From Minisyncoccota bacterium (lineage in GTDB: Bacteria; Patescibacteriota; Minisyncoccia; Phycocordibacterales; JAACPR01), in the NCBI GenBank assembly GCA_041674225.1, contig JBAYWG010000001.1:326273-390272 (forward strand): a DNA stretch of 64,000 nucleotides, written 5' to 3'. Of this stretch, positions 19,465 to 29,306 are shown piece by piece. How positions within the stretch are numbered: position 1 is the first letter of the stretch; every line of letters starts with the position of its first letter. A program made the position numbers and the translations under genes. The notes under the pieces were generated by a model. It saw nothing but the letters and a program-made list of their open reading frames with translations, searched no databases and was not told the origin of the DNA.

Positions 19465-19911
19465 TTGAGTATACACATTTGCCAACTAGTCGACAGATCA
19501 TTTCCTACTAATTTAAATATGGATCAACTAATTGAGTTCATCAACCGATCCGAAACAAAGAGTGCTCTCAAAGAATTTGAAAAAGTTAAAGACCGTGTTA
19601 ATCAAGCAAAATGTAAAACCATATGGGAAGAAATTCTCAAATCTGATGAGTGTTATGCGGAAATTTTAGTATTACCAAAAGAACACAGAGATACAGGATC
19701 TTGCATACAGACCAATATGCAAAATTCTCTCTCTGAATTTACTATTGTGGAGCGTGAGTTTAGGAAAGCTCTTATCCATGCTCCGCGAATTCTGGTAATG
19801 GCCCTTGAAAGTATTAATAAAAATTACTTCCAAGCATATTCAGAATTGCGCTCTTGGGCCAATGAAGGTGTACACATCCTTCAAAAGGTTTCCGAGCTAA
19901 AGCCCAACTGA
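19465..19911 (+). CDS. Hypothetical orphan protein
   Basis: 148-aa ORF with AAAGGAG SD before a TTG start, TTGACA upstream and its own terminator. Confidence 0.65.
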   Translation: MSIHICQLVDRSFPTNLNMDQLIEFINRSETKSALKEFEKVKDRVNQAKCKTIWEEILKSDECYAEILVLPKEHRDTGSCIQTNMQNSLSEFTIVEREFRKALIHAPRILVMALESINKNYFQAYSELRSWANEGVHILQKVSELKPN

Positions 19912-19934
19912 TAACAGTTTCAATACTCGAAACT

Positions 19935-19970
19935 ACGACCTTATAGAGAAAAGTCTCTATAAGGTCGTTT
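19935..19970. terminator. Intrinsic terminator
   Basis: ACGACCTTATAGAGA/TCTCTATAAGGTCGT 15-bp stem. Confidence 0.75.
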
Positions 19971-19973
19971 TAT

Positions 19974-20486
19974 TTAAATCTCCAAAATCCTAAAAATAAA
20001 AATTCCAAACGCCACCGCCACATTCAGCGACTCTTTTTCTCCCAGCATCGGGATCTCCGCAGTCACATCGCACAAATCTAAAATCTCGGAATCAACACCT
20101 TTCACTTCATTCCCTACCAAAACAACTCTCTTGTCCGCAGGAAATTCTTTATTCAAATTTTTATAATCAACAGAATTTTTACTTTGCTCCAATGCAACAA
20201 TTTGAAATCCGTCACTTTTCATTTCTTTCAAAAAACTCTCGACACTTTTTCCGATCTCTTCCAAAACTTCCCATTTCACAGAATCCTCCGCACCTAATGC
20301 ACTCTTTGAAACATCACTTCTCTTTCTTCCAAAGCGATCAATCGGCGAAGGTGTGATCCCAGAAAAGAAAACTTTATCAATTCCAGATGCATCACAAGTA
20401 CGCAAAATCGCCCCAACATTCTGAGTGCTTCGAATGTTGTTCAAAACGACATAAAATTCTCCTGCTGTTTCCCTTGCTTGTTTCAT
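19974..20486 (-). CDS. TrmH/SpoU-family RNA methyltransferase
   Basis: NIRSTQNVGAILRT, VGNEVKGV, EIPMLGEKESLNVAVA. Confidence 0.93.
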   Translation of the reverse strand: MKQARETAGEFYVVLNNIRSTQNVGAILRTCDASGIDKVFFSGITPSPIDRFGRKRSDVSKSALGAEDSVKWEVLEEIGKSVESFLKEMKSDGFQIVALEQSKNSVDYKNLNKEFPADKRVVLVGNEVKGVDSEILDLCDVTAEIPMLGEKESLNVAVAFGIFIFRILEI

Positions 20487-20514
20487 ATCAATAATAACTT
20501 TATACTACATTTAT

Positions 20515-20919
20515 ATGTTAAATACATTTCCAGAGCTTCTAAATTACGCCATCCTTAGTCCAACACTCTTGCGACTAGTTTTAGCCTTTACCCTAATCAC
20601 AATAGGCCTAGATACAATCCGAAACAAAAGAGCTTTGTTTATGGCTTATTTTTCTAGTCGAGACTATCCAATGGCCAGTTTCCTACCTTGGAAATTCGGA
20701 ATTGCAGAAATAATTCTAGGATTATTCTTTATCTTCGGCTTCTTTACACAAGTTGCAGCCCTAATCACAATATACATTCTTTTCGCCCTTTTCTACATAG
20801 AAAACCGAGCCGAAAAAATCCTGCCACACACATCAGCTTTTTATCTTGTGATGATCGTGATTGCAATTTCCTTGCTGTTTACGGGCGCAGGGGCTTTTGC
20901 AGTTGATTTACCTCTATAA
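20515..20919 (+). CDS. DoxX-family membrane protein
   Basis: LLRLVLA, AEIILGLFFIFGFFTQVAA, LLFTGAGAFAVD. Confidence 0.85.
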   Translation: MLNTFPELLNYAILSPTLLRLVLAFTLITIGLDTIRNKRALFMAYFSSRDYPMASFLPWKFGIAEIILGLFFIFGFFTQVAALITIYILFALFYIENRAEKILPHTSAFYLVMIVIAISLLFTGAGAFAVDLPL

Positions 20920-20939
20920 AAGTTGTATCCTTTCAAAAT

Positions 20940-21012
20940 CCGTCCATAGCTCAGCTGGTAGAGCACCCGCCTTTTAAGCGGAGGGTCGTAGGTTCGATTC
21001 CTACTGGACGGA
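20940..21012 (+). tRNA. tRNA-Lys(TTT)
   Basis: CCGTCCA/TGGACGG acceptor, GCTCAGCTGGTAGAGC D arm, CTTTTAA loop, GTAGG-TTCGATT-CCTAC. Confidence 0.95.
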
Positions 21013-21098
21013 CAAGTGAGTGAAATAAAAAAAGTGGCTTTGCCACTTTTTTTATTTCCGAACGCGAACGGACAGAACGATAGTTCGGACGGACAAGT
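21006..21098 (+). repeat. 12-bp direct repeat of the tRNA-Lys 3' end enclosing two hairpins
   Basis: GGACGGACAAGT at 21006-21017 and 21087-21098; 17-bp hairpin at 21022-21058. Confidence 0.75.
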
Positions 21099-21105
21099 AT
21101 TTGTT

Positions 21106-21447
21106 CTAAAGATATTTTGAAACCTCTATAATAGATTTCAATACTAAACCATCCTCAGTATCAAATGGATGACCTTCGCCCGAAGGAAGTCCACTCCCAA
21201 TAAAATAATGAAACGCTGCGAAGTGTTCAGGAGCATGCCCGACTCCATGCTCTTTTAACTTATCAGCAACAAACTCATTTCTCATGGCGACCCATTGGTC
21301 AAATTTTTCAGCATTACCATCCATTTTTTTCCAAGCTCTATCGTTCATCTCCTCTGCAATTTCTCTTATTTGTCTTTTTTCATCTTCAAAATCTGAAAAT
21401 AATTCGTTTGAGGACTGTTGTTGTGGCATTTCAATCATAAACTTCAT
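21106..21447 (-). CDS. Hypothetical protein
   Basis: 113-aa ORF directly downstream of holA. Confidence 0.6.
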   Translation of the reverse strand: MKFMIEMPQQQSSNELFSDFEDEKRQIREIAEEMNDRAWKKMDGNAEKFDQWVAMRNEFVADKLKEHGVGHAPEHFAAFHYFIGSGLPSGEGHPFDTEDGLVLKSIIEVSKYL

Positions 21448-21456
21448 TTTAACATT

Positions 21457-22167
21457 TTAAATACTCAAAACCCATCGCTCCAAAGCTACCTCAAAACTGC
21501 ACAATCCCCTTCTAGAATCGTGCGACACAGCAATCAATTCTGTAGTTAGTCTTTCTAATTCTTCTTCTGAATATTTTTTTGAGCCTGCTTTTGCTTTGCT
21601 AAAAGGAAAAGGTTTCATATCAACTTCCGCCGCTGTTTTATATTTTTGCGCCAAAAGCATACTTTTCATTTGCCAAAAAAGTGTTCCATGCAACTCTTGA
21701 GGATCTGAAGAATTTAAAGCATCTTGAAAATTAACCCATAACTTTTGTTTGTTTCTCTCGCAAAGCGCATCTGCCAAAATAAAAGAATTAAATTTTGGTT
21801 TCTCGATTTTTTTTGTTTCTGAAAATTGTTGAACTTTTGCCGCGTGTTTTTCAATTTCTTTTAAAGATTTTTCATCCACATCTCTATCTACCCAAATAAA
21901 AATATTTTCTGATTGAGCTATTTCCGGCAAAAAAGAAATAACGGATTCCGCAGTCTCAACTTTTTCAAACAAATGTCGAAGCTCAATAATATATCTTTGA
22001 GAAAAAAGACCTTGTCCGTGAAGCAGTCCTTCCATTTCTCCCACTTCCCAATTTTGCGAATCAATTTTAAACCTTGCCGCGTCTGGCTGTTTTGCAATCA
22101 AAGAATCCACCATGCTTCTGGCTTTCTCCGCTGCTTTTGGCACATCACCATATAGGAAATATAACAT
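21457..22167 (-). CDS. holA: DNA polymerase III delta subunit (short form)
   Basis: MLYFLYGD, GLFSQRYII, FNSFILADAL, MKPFPFSKA, ALERWVL. Confidence 0.8.
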   Translation of the reverse strand: MLYFLYGDVPKAAEKARSMVDSLIAKQPDAARFKIDSQNWEVGEMEGLLHGQGLFSQRYIIELRHLFEKVETAESVISFLPEIAQSENIFIWVDRDVDEKSLKEIEKHAAKVQQFSETKKIEKPKFNSFILADALCERNKQKLWVNFQDALNSSDPQELHGTLFWQMKSMLLAQKYKTAAEVDMKPFPFSKAKAGSKKYSEEELERLTTELIAVSHDSRRGLCSFEVALERWVLSI

Positions 22168-22184
22168 TGCTTTTATTTTACCAC

Positions 22185-24548
22185 TTACAAACTCTTCATT
22201 TCTCCCCAGCTTTTACCCACCGCACACTCCACAATTATTGGCACACCCACCTTTTGCTCTTCGGTCAAAACGTTTTCCATGATCTTTTTTATCTGCGGCG
22301 CTAGTTTTTCAATTTCATCTTCATCAATTTCAAAAATAAGTTCATCGTGAATTTGCAAAAGCATATCAATCTTGCCGTTTAATTTATTTTCTTCAATCCA
22401 CTTCGCAACGTGCACCATTGCGAGCTTTGTAATATCGGCAGAAGTTCCCTGAATCGGCGCGTTGATTGCCATTCTTTCTGCTTGTGCACGAATAAAAGGA
22501 AGAGATGATTTAATTCCATCAAGATGTCGTCGACGACCAAAAAGAGTTTCTACATAACCATTTATCTTTGCGTTTGATTTTGTTTCTTCAAGATAATTCG
22601 CCAGCGTTGTGAAAGTTTCAAAATAATCATCATAAAATTTCTGCGCTTCTTTTCTTTCCGTCTTTAAATTTTTCTGCAAAGCCACAACCCCCATTCCATA
22701 AAGAATTCCAAAGTTAATTGTTTTCGCTTTCACACGCATCATCTTTGTAATTTCATTTTCGGGAACTCCAAAAACTAGCGAAGCAACGCTCGAGTGAATA
22801 TCTTTTCCAGAACGAAATGCTTCCACGAATTTTTCATCACCAGAAAAAATCGCAGCCAGACGAAGTTCTATTTGAGAATAATCGCAAGCTAAAAATCTTC
22901 TCCCTTTTGGTGCGACGAATGCGGTTCTGATTCGTCGACCGTTATCGGTCTTGATTGGAATATTTTGAATGTTTGGATCCTGAGATGACATTCGCCCTGT
23001 CGCCGCACCTGTTTGAATAAATTTAGGATGCAATCGCCCATCCTTTGCAATCATGTTTGGAATTTTGTCGATGTATGTAGAAACAAGTTTTGAAAGTTCT
23101 CGATAATCCATAATTAAATCAATGATCGGGCTTGTGCCTAAAAGCTTTTGCAAAACATCTTCTTTCGTTGAATACGCACCAGTCGAAGTCTTTCTCATTC
23201 CTGGATATTTCAATTCCATTTTCACAAACAAAACTTCCGCCATTTGTTTCGGAGAATTAATATTAAATTCTTCTCCCGCCATTTTATAAATTTCTTTTTC
23301 AAGAATATTTAATTTTTTGTGATATTCATTTGAAAGCTCTTTCAATACTTTTGGCAAAACAGCAATCCCCTTTTCTTCCATCTTCTTCAAAATCGGAATC
23401 AGAGGTTTTTCAATTTCATCAAATACAAATTTCATATTGTGTTTTTCAACTTCCTCTATAATTTTTTTGTGAGCACTTTCGAAAAGTTCTGTCCGAGCAA
23501 AATGCAAAACGTCTTGCATTGAAGGATTTGTTAAATTCGAATTCAAAAGCCACAAACCAATCTTTGCTTCTTGCAAAAGATCCTCGTCCACAACCTGTTC
23601 GACCTTTTCTTCTACGGTTTCGGTTTCTCCAGTTGAAAACAAAGTGTTAAATCTTTCAGCAAGAGAGCGAAATTCTAGTTCATTAAAAAGTGTTTTTATT
23701 TTTTGAGCAGGAATATTTTCTATCCAACTTTTTTCTGGCACTTCTATCTCCACAGGAGCATCTCGCCGAATTGTCGCCAACATTTTACTAAACTCCGCTT
23801 CTTCTTTGTGTTCTTTCAAAAGCTCCAATATTCTCGGTGTTATTTTGGCTTCTTTAAATTTCGGTGAATCTTTTTCAATCGCTGCATAAATTTTTTCAAT
23901 CGTTCCAAAAGTTTGCAGAAGTGTTGTGGCAGTTTTTTCACCAATACCTGGCACGCCAATAATATTGTCAGAAGGATCACCGCGCAGACCTTTAAAATCT
24001 ATTAATTGATTTGGTTTGAAATTGTATCTTTCAAAAACTCCGTCTTCGTCGTATAGAATCGTATCTTTAATCCCCTTTCTCAAAGTGAAAACCTTAACTT
24101 GTTTTTTGTACACGAGTTGCAAAGTATCCATATCTCCCGAAGCAATAATAATTTCGTTGTTGGAATCTTTTTGTAATTGTTCAACAGCCGTTCCAATAAT
24201 ATCGTCGGCTTCAAAACCCTCTGCTTCATAAATTGGAATTCCAAATGCTTTAAAAATATCTCGCGCTCTTTTTAATTGAATTGAAAGATTTTCGTCCAAC
24301 GCTTTTCTTCCGGATTTATAATCAGCATAAGCTTCGTGACGATAAGTTGGTTTAGGAAGATCGAAAGCAGCCACCATAAAATCCGGTTTGAATTCATTAA
24401 TGATTGCCATCAACATTGAAGACAGTCCATAGAGCGCACCAGTTGGTTCACCTTTTGATGAAGAAAAATCCGGTAGAGCATGATACGCGCGATGAATAAT
24501 TGCGTGTGAATCAAATAAAATTATTTTTCTTTTATCTTTTTTAGACAT
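22185..24548 (-). CDS. polA: DNA polymerase I
   Basis: 5'-3' exonuclease (IIHRAYHALP, GFEADDIIGT, GDPSDNIIGVPGIGEKTA) and polymerase motifs DYSQIELR, KTINFGILYG, QIHDEL. Confidence 0.97.
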   Translation of the reverse strand: MSKKDKRKIILFDSHAIIHRAYHALPDFSSSKGEPTGALYGLSSMLMAIINEFKPDFMVAAFDLPKPTYRHEAYADYKSGRKALDENLSIQLKRARDIFKAFGIPIYEAEGFEADDIIGTAVEQLQKDSNNEIIIASGDMDTLQLVYKKQVKVFTLRKGIKDTILYDEDGVFERYNFKPNQLIDFKGLRGDPSDNIIGVPGIGEKTATTLLQTFGTIEKIYAAIEKDSPKFKEAKITPRILELLKEHKEEAEFSKMLATIRRDAPVEIEVPEKSWIENIPAQKIKTLFNELEFRSLAERFNTLFSTGETETVEEKVEQVVDEDLLQEAKIGLWLLNSNLTNPSMQDVLHFARTELFESAHKKIIEEVEKHNMKFVFDEIEKPLIPILKKMEEKGIAVLPKVLKELSNEYHKKLNILEKEIYKMAGEEFNINSPKQMAEVLFVKMELKYPGMRKTSTGAYSTKEDVLQKLLGTSPIIDLIMDYRELSKLVSTYIDKIPNMIAKDGRLHPKFIQTGAATGRMSSQDPNIQNIPIKTDNGRRIRTAFVAPKGRRFLACDYSQIELRLAAIFSGDEKFVEAFRSGKDIHSSVASLVFGVPENEITKMMRVKAKTINFGILYGMGVVALQKNLKTERKEAQKFYDDYFETFTTLANYLEETKSNAKINGYVETLFGRRRHLDGIKSSLPFIRAQAERMAINAPIQGTSADITKLAMVHVAKWIEENKLNGKIDMLLQIHDELIFEIDEDEIEKLAPQIKKIMENVLTEEQKVGVPIIVECAVGKSWGEMKSL

Positions 24549-24984
24549 TTTTGATGATATTTATTTCCCGGGAATCTTCGTCTGCAACTTCAAATGTGAT
24601 TGTGATTCTTTTTTCTGGCAAAACTTCTTCAACTTTTTCCGGCCACTCTATAAAAATTAGATTTTCTGGATCATCACACAACTCAGAAAACTTTAAAACT
24701 TTTAATTCGTTTGGATCTTCGACTCGATAAGCGTCGATGTGAATTAGGTTTTTGAATTTTCCAAAGTCGATGGAATATTTTTTCATCAAAACAAAAGTTG
24801 GGCTGGTGATTTTTTCTTCAATATTTAAAATTTTTGAGACTTGTTGAGTGAAAGTTGTTTTGCCGGCGCCAAGGTTTCCCGAAAGTCCTATTAATAAAGC
24901 TTTTTCTGAGCTTGTAGAATCAGCCCCAAAATCGTTTAAAAAATTAGAAGCAAAGTCTGGAAGCTGTTCAAGCAGAATTTTCAT
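24541..24984 (-). CDS. tsaE: t6A37 biosynthesis ATPase TsaE
   Basis: GNLGAGKTTF, ITSPTFVL, HIDAYR, FIEWPE. Confidence 0.96.
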   Translation of the reverse strand: MKILLEQLPDFASNFLNDFGADSTSSEKALLIGLSGNLGAGKTTFTQQVSKILNIEEKITSPTFVLMKKYSIDFGKFKNLIHIDAYRVEDPNELKVLKFSELCDDPENLIFIEWPEKVEEVLPEKRITITFEVADEDSREINIIKNV

Positions 24985-25021
24985 AGATGTAGCATAGCAA
25001 AAATAGAGGCAAAAAAGAAAA

Positions 25022-25052
25022 ATAGAGGCCTTATTGAATACAAGGCCTCTAT
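25022..25052 (-). terminator. Terminator-like hairpin
   Basis: ATAGAGGCCTT/AAGGCCTCTAT followed by a T-run on the minus strand. Confidence 0.65.
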
Positions 25053-25058
25053 AAATAA

Positions 25059-25313
25059 CTAAGTCTCCACGAAGATGGGAGGAGGAACGGAAGGTCTTTC
25101 AAGTGGCTCCACAAAAAAACGGATGTAACGAGAATATTCTAAATCAATTCTCATTTGGTCAAGAATGTCCTTTGTTTCTTTGTAGACGAAGGACCACATA
25201 AGCGTGGAAAAAAGAGCCCCCCAGCCAAAACCCAGCAGCCAAGTAATCCAGACAGGCTTTGTTTTAGGTTTTAATTTAGAAACCACCTCTCCCAGATTGT
25301 TTTCTTGTTTCAT
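25059..25313 (-). CDS. Hypothetical single-TM orphan protein
   Basis: 84-aa ORF with its own promoter and terminator. Confidence 0.6.
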   Translation of the reverse strand: MKQENNLGEVVSKLKPKTKPVWITWLLGFGWGALFSTLMWSFVYKETKDILDQMRIDLEYSRYIRFFVEPLERPSVPPPIFVET

Positions 25314-25354
25314 TTATTTTTCCTTCTATTTTAAAATTAAACTATTTCTTTATT

Positions 25355-25383
25355 TTTATACACTAAAAAAAGGCATGCGTCAA
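25355..25383 (-). promoter_or_regulatory. Sigma70-like promoter
   Basis: TTGACG-17 nt-TATAAA on the minus strand. Confidence 0.6.
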
Positions 25384-25452
25384 TTCATCTAATTTTCCTT
25401 TTTCCCATAAAAATCCAATAAAAACAAAACTTCTTGTGCTAAAATTATCGCA

Positions 25453-27225
25453 ATGATGGCTCAATTTGCAGACGAAGAATTACGAGATACAAAAGTAGCC
25501 GAGCTCCGCAGGAGCGAGGAGGAAGATCTTGCAAAAATTCTTTCAAAAAAATACAACGTTCCATACGCCGACCTTTCTCGTATCACAATCGACACGGACG
25601 GTCTAAAAACTCTTCCCGAAGAAGAAGCCCGCGCTGCGAAAATTGCGGTTTTTGATTTAATCGGAAAAAGAGTTCGTGTAGCAGTTCTTGCACCAGGACG
25701 AGAAGACACAAAAGCTGTAATGAAATCTTTAGAGGACAAAGGCTTTATCGTGGAGCCTTTTATGGTTTCTACACAAAGCCTAGAAAGAGCGTGGGAAAGA
25801 TATAAAGAAATTTCTTACGCCAGCAACACAAAAGAAGGAATGCTTGAAATTTCTAGCAAAGACATCGAGGATTTCATCAATAAAGTTCAAAAAATCGAAG
25901 ACGTAAAAGCTTTGATTGAAGAAATTGTGCAAATGAAAAAAAGCTTCCGTATTTCTCGGATTGTTGAAATTATTATGGCCGGCGCAATCTCTCTGGGAGC
26001 TTCCGATGTTCACATCGAACCAGAAGACGACTTTATTCAAATCAGATTCCGTTTAGACGGCGTGCTTATCGAAGTAACAAAATTAGATCAGGAAACTTAC
26101 CATCTGCTTCTTTCTAGGATAAAGCTTCTTTCTGGAATGAAATTGAATATTAAAGAAACAGCACAAGACGGTCGTTTCAGTATTGCTATTGGCGAAAGAG
26201 AAATCGAAATTCGTTCTTCTACCCTTCCAGGAAACTACGGAGAAAGCGTCGTTATGCGTCTTCTTGACCCGGCTTCTATTCAGGTAAAAATCCAAGACCT
26301 TGGTGTGCCAGATAAATTGTTAAAAGTTTTTATGGAGGCTTTGGCAAAACCAAACGGAATGATTCTAAACACAGGTCCGACCGGTTCCGGAAAAACAACA
26401 ACTCTTTATGCCTTTCTTCGTTTAAAGAAAACTCCTGAAATAAAAATTATTACAATCGAAGATCCTATCGAATACCACTTGGACGGAATAGTGCAAACAC
26501 AAGTTGATAACGAAAAAGGTTATGACTTCGCAACCGGTTTGAAAAAAACTCTTCGACAAGATCCAGACGTAATCATGGTGGGAGAAATCCGAGATTTAGA
26601 AACAGCAGAAACAGCTGTACACGCAGCTCTTACAGGTCACTTAGTTTTCTCTACTCTTCACACAAACAACGCCGCAGGAACTTTCACTCGATTGATCGAC
26701 CTTGGAGTGAATCCAAAAATTCTAACTTCTGCTATTAGTATGGCAATCGCGCAGAGACTTGTACGAAGACTTTGTGATGGGTGTAAAGAAGAAAAAGTTC
26801 TTGAAGGAGAAAATTTGACTCTAATGAAACAAGTTTATGAAAGTATAAAAGAAAAAGAAGTCGCTTGGGCTGAAAAAACTTTCACAGCAAAAGTTGGAGG
26901 TTGTGAAAAATGTAATCAAACAGGATATAAAGGACGAATTGGAGTTTTTGAAGCTGTTCTTTCAGATCAAAAAGTTGAAGAAGCTCTTGAATCAAATCCA
27001 AGTGAAAGAGAAATCAAAGAAGCCGCTGAACATCAAGGAATTATGGATATGGCGCAAGATGGTGTTACAAAAATTTTGAAAGGATACACAGACTTAGAAG
27101 AACTAAGAAGAGTTGTTGACCTTTCAACACGAAGCGGACTTGGCGATGCATCAGATGGATGGGCTAATGAAGATAAATCTACCGAAAAGAAAGAAGATTT
27201 TGATATTACGAAAATTGCGGAATAA
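25453..27225 (+). CDS. GspE/PulE/PilB-family type IV pilus assembly ATPase
   Basis: ASDVHIEP, QDGRF, TGPTGSGKTTTLY, TIEDPIEY, LRQDPDVIMVGEIRD, AQRLVRRLC..C, GC..C..TGYKGR. Confidence 0.95.
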   Translation: MMAQFADEELRDTKVAELRRSEEEDLAKILSKKYNVPYADLSRITIDTDGLKTLPEEEARAAKIAVFDLIGKRVRVAVLAPGREDTKAVMKSLEDKGFIVEPFMVSTQSLERAWERYKEISYASNTKEGMLEISSKDIEDFINKVQKIEDVKALIEEIVQMKKSFRISRIVEIIMAGAISLGASDVHIEPEDDFIQIRFRLDGVLIEVTKLDQETYHLLLSRIKLLSGMKLNIKETAQDGRFSIAIGEREIEIRSSTLPGNYGESVVMRLLDPASIQVKIQDLGVPDKLLKVFMEALAKPNGMILNTGPTGSGKTTTLYAFLRLKKTPEIKIITIEDPIEYHLDGIVQTQVDNEKGYDFATGLKKTLRQDPDVIMVGEIRDLETAETAVHAALTGHLVFSTLHTNNAAGTFTRLIDLGVNPKILTSAISMAIAQRLVRRLCDGCKEEKVLEGENLTLMKQVYESIKEKEVAWAEKTFTAKVGGCEKCNQTGYKGRIGVFEAVLSDQKVEEALESNPSEREIKEAAEHQGIMDMAQDGVTKILKGYTDLEELRRVVDLSTRSGLGDASDGWANEDKSTEKKEDFDITKIAE

Positions 27226-27287
27226 AAAAAATGCTTTGACTAGTTGTGGTAAAATTTAAAACGGTTATATTTTCTATAGAAATGCCG

Positions 27288-27446
27288 TTTGAAAATGCAG
27301 ATCTCTAAGCGAGCCAATGAACCGTGCCAAAGGGAGACGAGGAATTAAGGATAACCCCAGCAAACACGCGTTAGCATGTAACCAGGAGTGTCCTTTATTG
27401 CTCGCCTATAGACAATGTCTATCGCTTAGAGATCTGCCGTTTCAAA
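27288..27446 (+). ncRNA. ssrS: 6S-like RNA (putative ssrS)
   Basis: 16-bp closing stem (27297-27312/27422-27437), central bubble with TGAACCG, 3'-bubble hairpin ATAGACA-A-TGTCTAT, inner stems CGAG/CTCG and AAGGATA/TGTCCTT. Confidence 0.7.
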
Positions 27447-27494
27447 AATCATCCGTGTGCAGTTGTTGCAAGTATAGTAACATATTTAAAAAAA

Positions 27495-28508
27495 ATGTCA
27501 ACAAACATCACAAACCCTTTAAATGAAGCCCCGGGAGAAGTCTCTTTTCTTGATAAAGAACTTCGCCCGAGTGTATGGGACGAATATGTTGGTCAACAGT
27601 CTATTAAAGACAATTTAAACGTACTTTTAGAGGCCGCTCGAGAAAGAGGACACCCACCTGAACACATTTTATTTTACGGTCCTCCGGGTCTTGGAAAAAC
27701 AACGTTGGCATACCTTATCGCAAAACACATCGGAGCGCAAATCAAAATCACATCGGGGCCTGCTATAGAAAAAGTTGGGGATCTTGCTTCGATTCTTACA
27801 AATCTTTCATCTGGAGATATTCTTTTTATTGATGAAATTCACAGATTGAACAAAGCAATTGAAGAGGTTTTGTATCCGGCAATGGAATCTGGTGTTTTGG
27901 ATATCATTATTGGGAAAGGCCCATCAGCGAGAACAATTCAATTAGATTTGCCACCTTTCACTTTGATCGCAGCAACAACAAAGATTGCGAGTTTGTCTTC
28001 CCCACTTCGCTCACGCTTCTCTGGAGGAACATATCGATTAGAATTTTATTCTGAAAAAGAAATTGAGACTATTTTAAAAAGATCTGCGAGAATTTTACAT
28101 ATCGAATTAGAAGGCACCGCAGCAAACGCAATTTCAAAAAGAAGCAGAAGCACTCCGCGAACAGCAAACTACCTTTTGAAAAGATGTCGCGACTTGGCGC
28201 AAATTAAAAAAGAAAACCTAGATGCAAAAAATGTTTGTGAAGCTTTGGATATGTTGGAGATCGACGAACTTGGTTTAACAAAAATGGACAGAGATGTTTT
28301 GCGAGTTTTAATTGAAAAATTTAAAGGAGGGCCCGTGGGATTGAACACTCTTGCGACAGCACTTCACGAAGAAGAATCTACAGTTGAAGAATTCCATGAA
28401 CCATATTTAATTCAACTTGGAATGATCGAAAGAACTCCGCGTGGAAGAATTGCGACAGAAAAAGCGTATGCGCATTTAGGAAAAGAAGCTCCACAGATTT
28501 TTAAATAA
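27495..28508 (+). CDS. ruvB: Holliday junction branch migration helicase RuvB
   Basis: LRP, GPPGLGKTTLA, TSGPAIEK, FIDEIHRL, LYPAME, GGPVGL, RTPRGR. Confidence 0.98.
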   Translation: MSTNITNPLNEAPGEVSFLDKELRPSVWDEYVGQQSIKDNLNVLLEAARERGHPPEHILFYGPPGLGKTTLAYLIAKHIGAQIKITSGPAIEKVGDLASILTNLSSGDILFIDEIHRLNKAIEEVLYPAMESGVLDIIIGKGPSARTIQLDLPPFTLIAATTKIASLSSPLRSRFSGGTYRLEFYSEKEIETILKRSARILHIELEGTAANAISKRSRSTPRTANYLLKRCRDLAQIKKENLDAKNVCEALDMLEIDELGLTKMDRDVLRVLIEKFKGGPVGLNTLATALHEEESTVEEFHEPYLIQLGMIERTPRGRIATEKAYAHLGKEAPQIFK

Positions 28509-28510
28509 AA

Positions 28511-28534
28511 AGGTGTCGCGCAAGCGCGACACCT
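28511..28534. terminator. GC-rich hairpin between convergent genes
   Basis: AGGTGTCGCGC-AA-GCGCGACACCT. Confidence 0.6.
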
Positions 28535-28538
28535 GAAA

Positions 28539-28820
28539 TCATCCCCAAAACCTTTTGTTTCGATTAGAAAAAATCCAATAGAAAAGTACAAACCAATTCA
28601 CAATTGCCCATGGCCAGACTATTAAATTAACAAAGAAGCTAATTCTATAAAACTCCCATGTGGCAGTAGAAGCACTCAATAAACATTGAGCTTCATCCTC
28701 ATCAAGTTTTTGGAGCCAAAACCTACGAAGAATGGGTGTTTTTATAATTCTTCTTGCAGAATCAACTGAACAAACAGCCCCCACCAAAACAAATGCTAAA
28801 TAGAAAATTATCCAACTCAT
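28539..28820 (-). CDS. Hypothetical membrane orphan protein
   Basis: 93-aa Trp-rich hydrophobic ORF with TTGACT upstream. Confidence 0.55.
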   Translation of the reverse strand: MSWIIFYLAFVLVGAVCSVDSARRIIKTPILRRFWLQKLDEDEAQCLLSASTATWEFYRISFFVNLIVWPWAIVNWFVLFYWIFSNRNKRFWG

Positions 28821-28910
28821 TTATTATTTTTAAGTTTACTTTCAAAACCCAAATTACTCTTTTATAAAAATTAGTCAACAAAAGAAAAACGCTTCCGAAG
28901 AAGCGCGGTA

Positions 28911-29306
28911 TCACAAAAAACCAAGTTGGCCGACTTCTTCCTCATCTCCCAAAAAAGAAGCCTTTGCTTTTGGTAATCCCTTAAACTTAATAACAAGATC
29001 TTCTGCACGGTCGTGATGCAAAAAATTAATTAAACCACCAACCGTTGCCGTGATACCTTTGTCAAAAAAGAATTCTACATCTGAAATATAAGTGTTCGAT
29101 TTTAATGTTCTGTATGTATTTACAAAAAGCAGATCTAATTTGGCGTAATAGTTGTGAGTAATAATCGCCTGATCTGGAAATAACGAATCTCTCCTATTTA
29201 CCCGAATCACGAATGTTTTCCCTAGCAACTCTTCTGGTGTAACAGGATGAACAAATCCAAAAAACTTTCCCAAACCGTCTGAAACTATTTTGTCTATATC
29301 ATTCAT
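28911..29306 (-). CDS. Hypothetical orphan protein
   Basis: 131-aa ORF; TTGACC-17-TAGTTT promoter-like sequence at 29331-29359. Confidence 0.6.
   Translation of the reverse strand: MNDIDKIVSDGLGKFFGFVHPVTPEELLGKTFVIRVNRRDSLFPDQAIITHNYYAKLDLLFVNTYRTLKSNTYISDVEFFFDKGITATVGGLINFLHHDRAEDLVIKFKGLPKAKASFLGDEEEVGQLGFL

Noticed and set aside
27317-27526. 69-aa ORF upstream of ruvB
   Set aside because: It overlaps the 6S-like structure and has no protein-like features.
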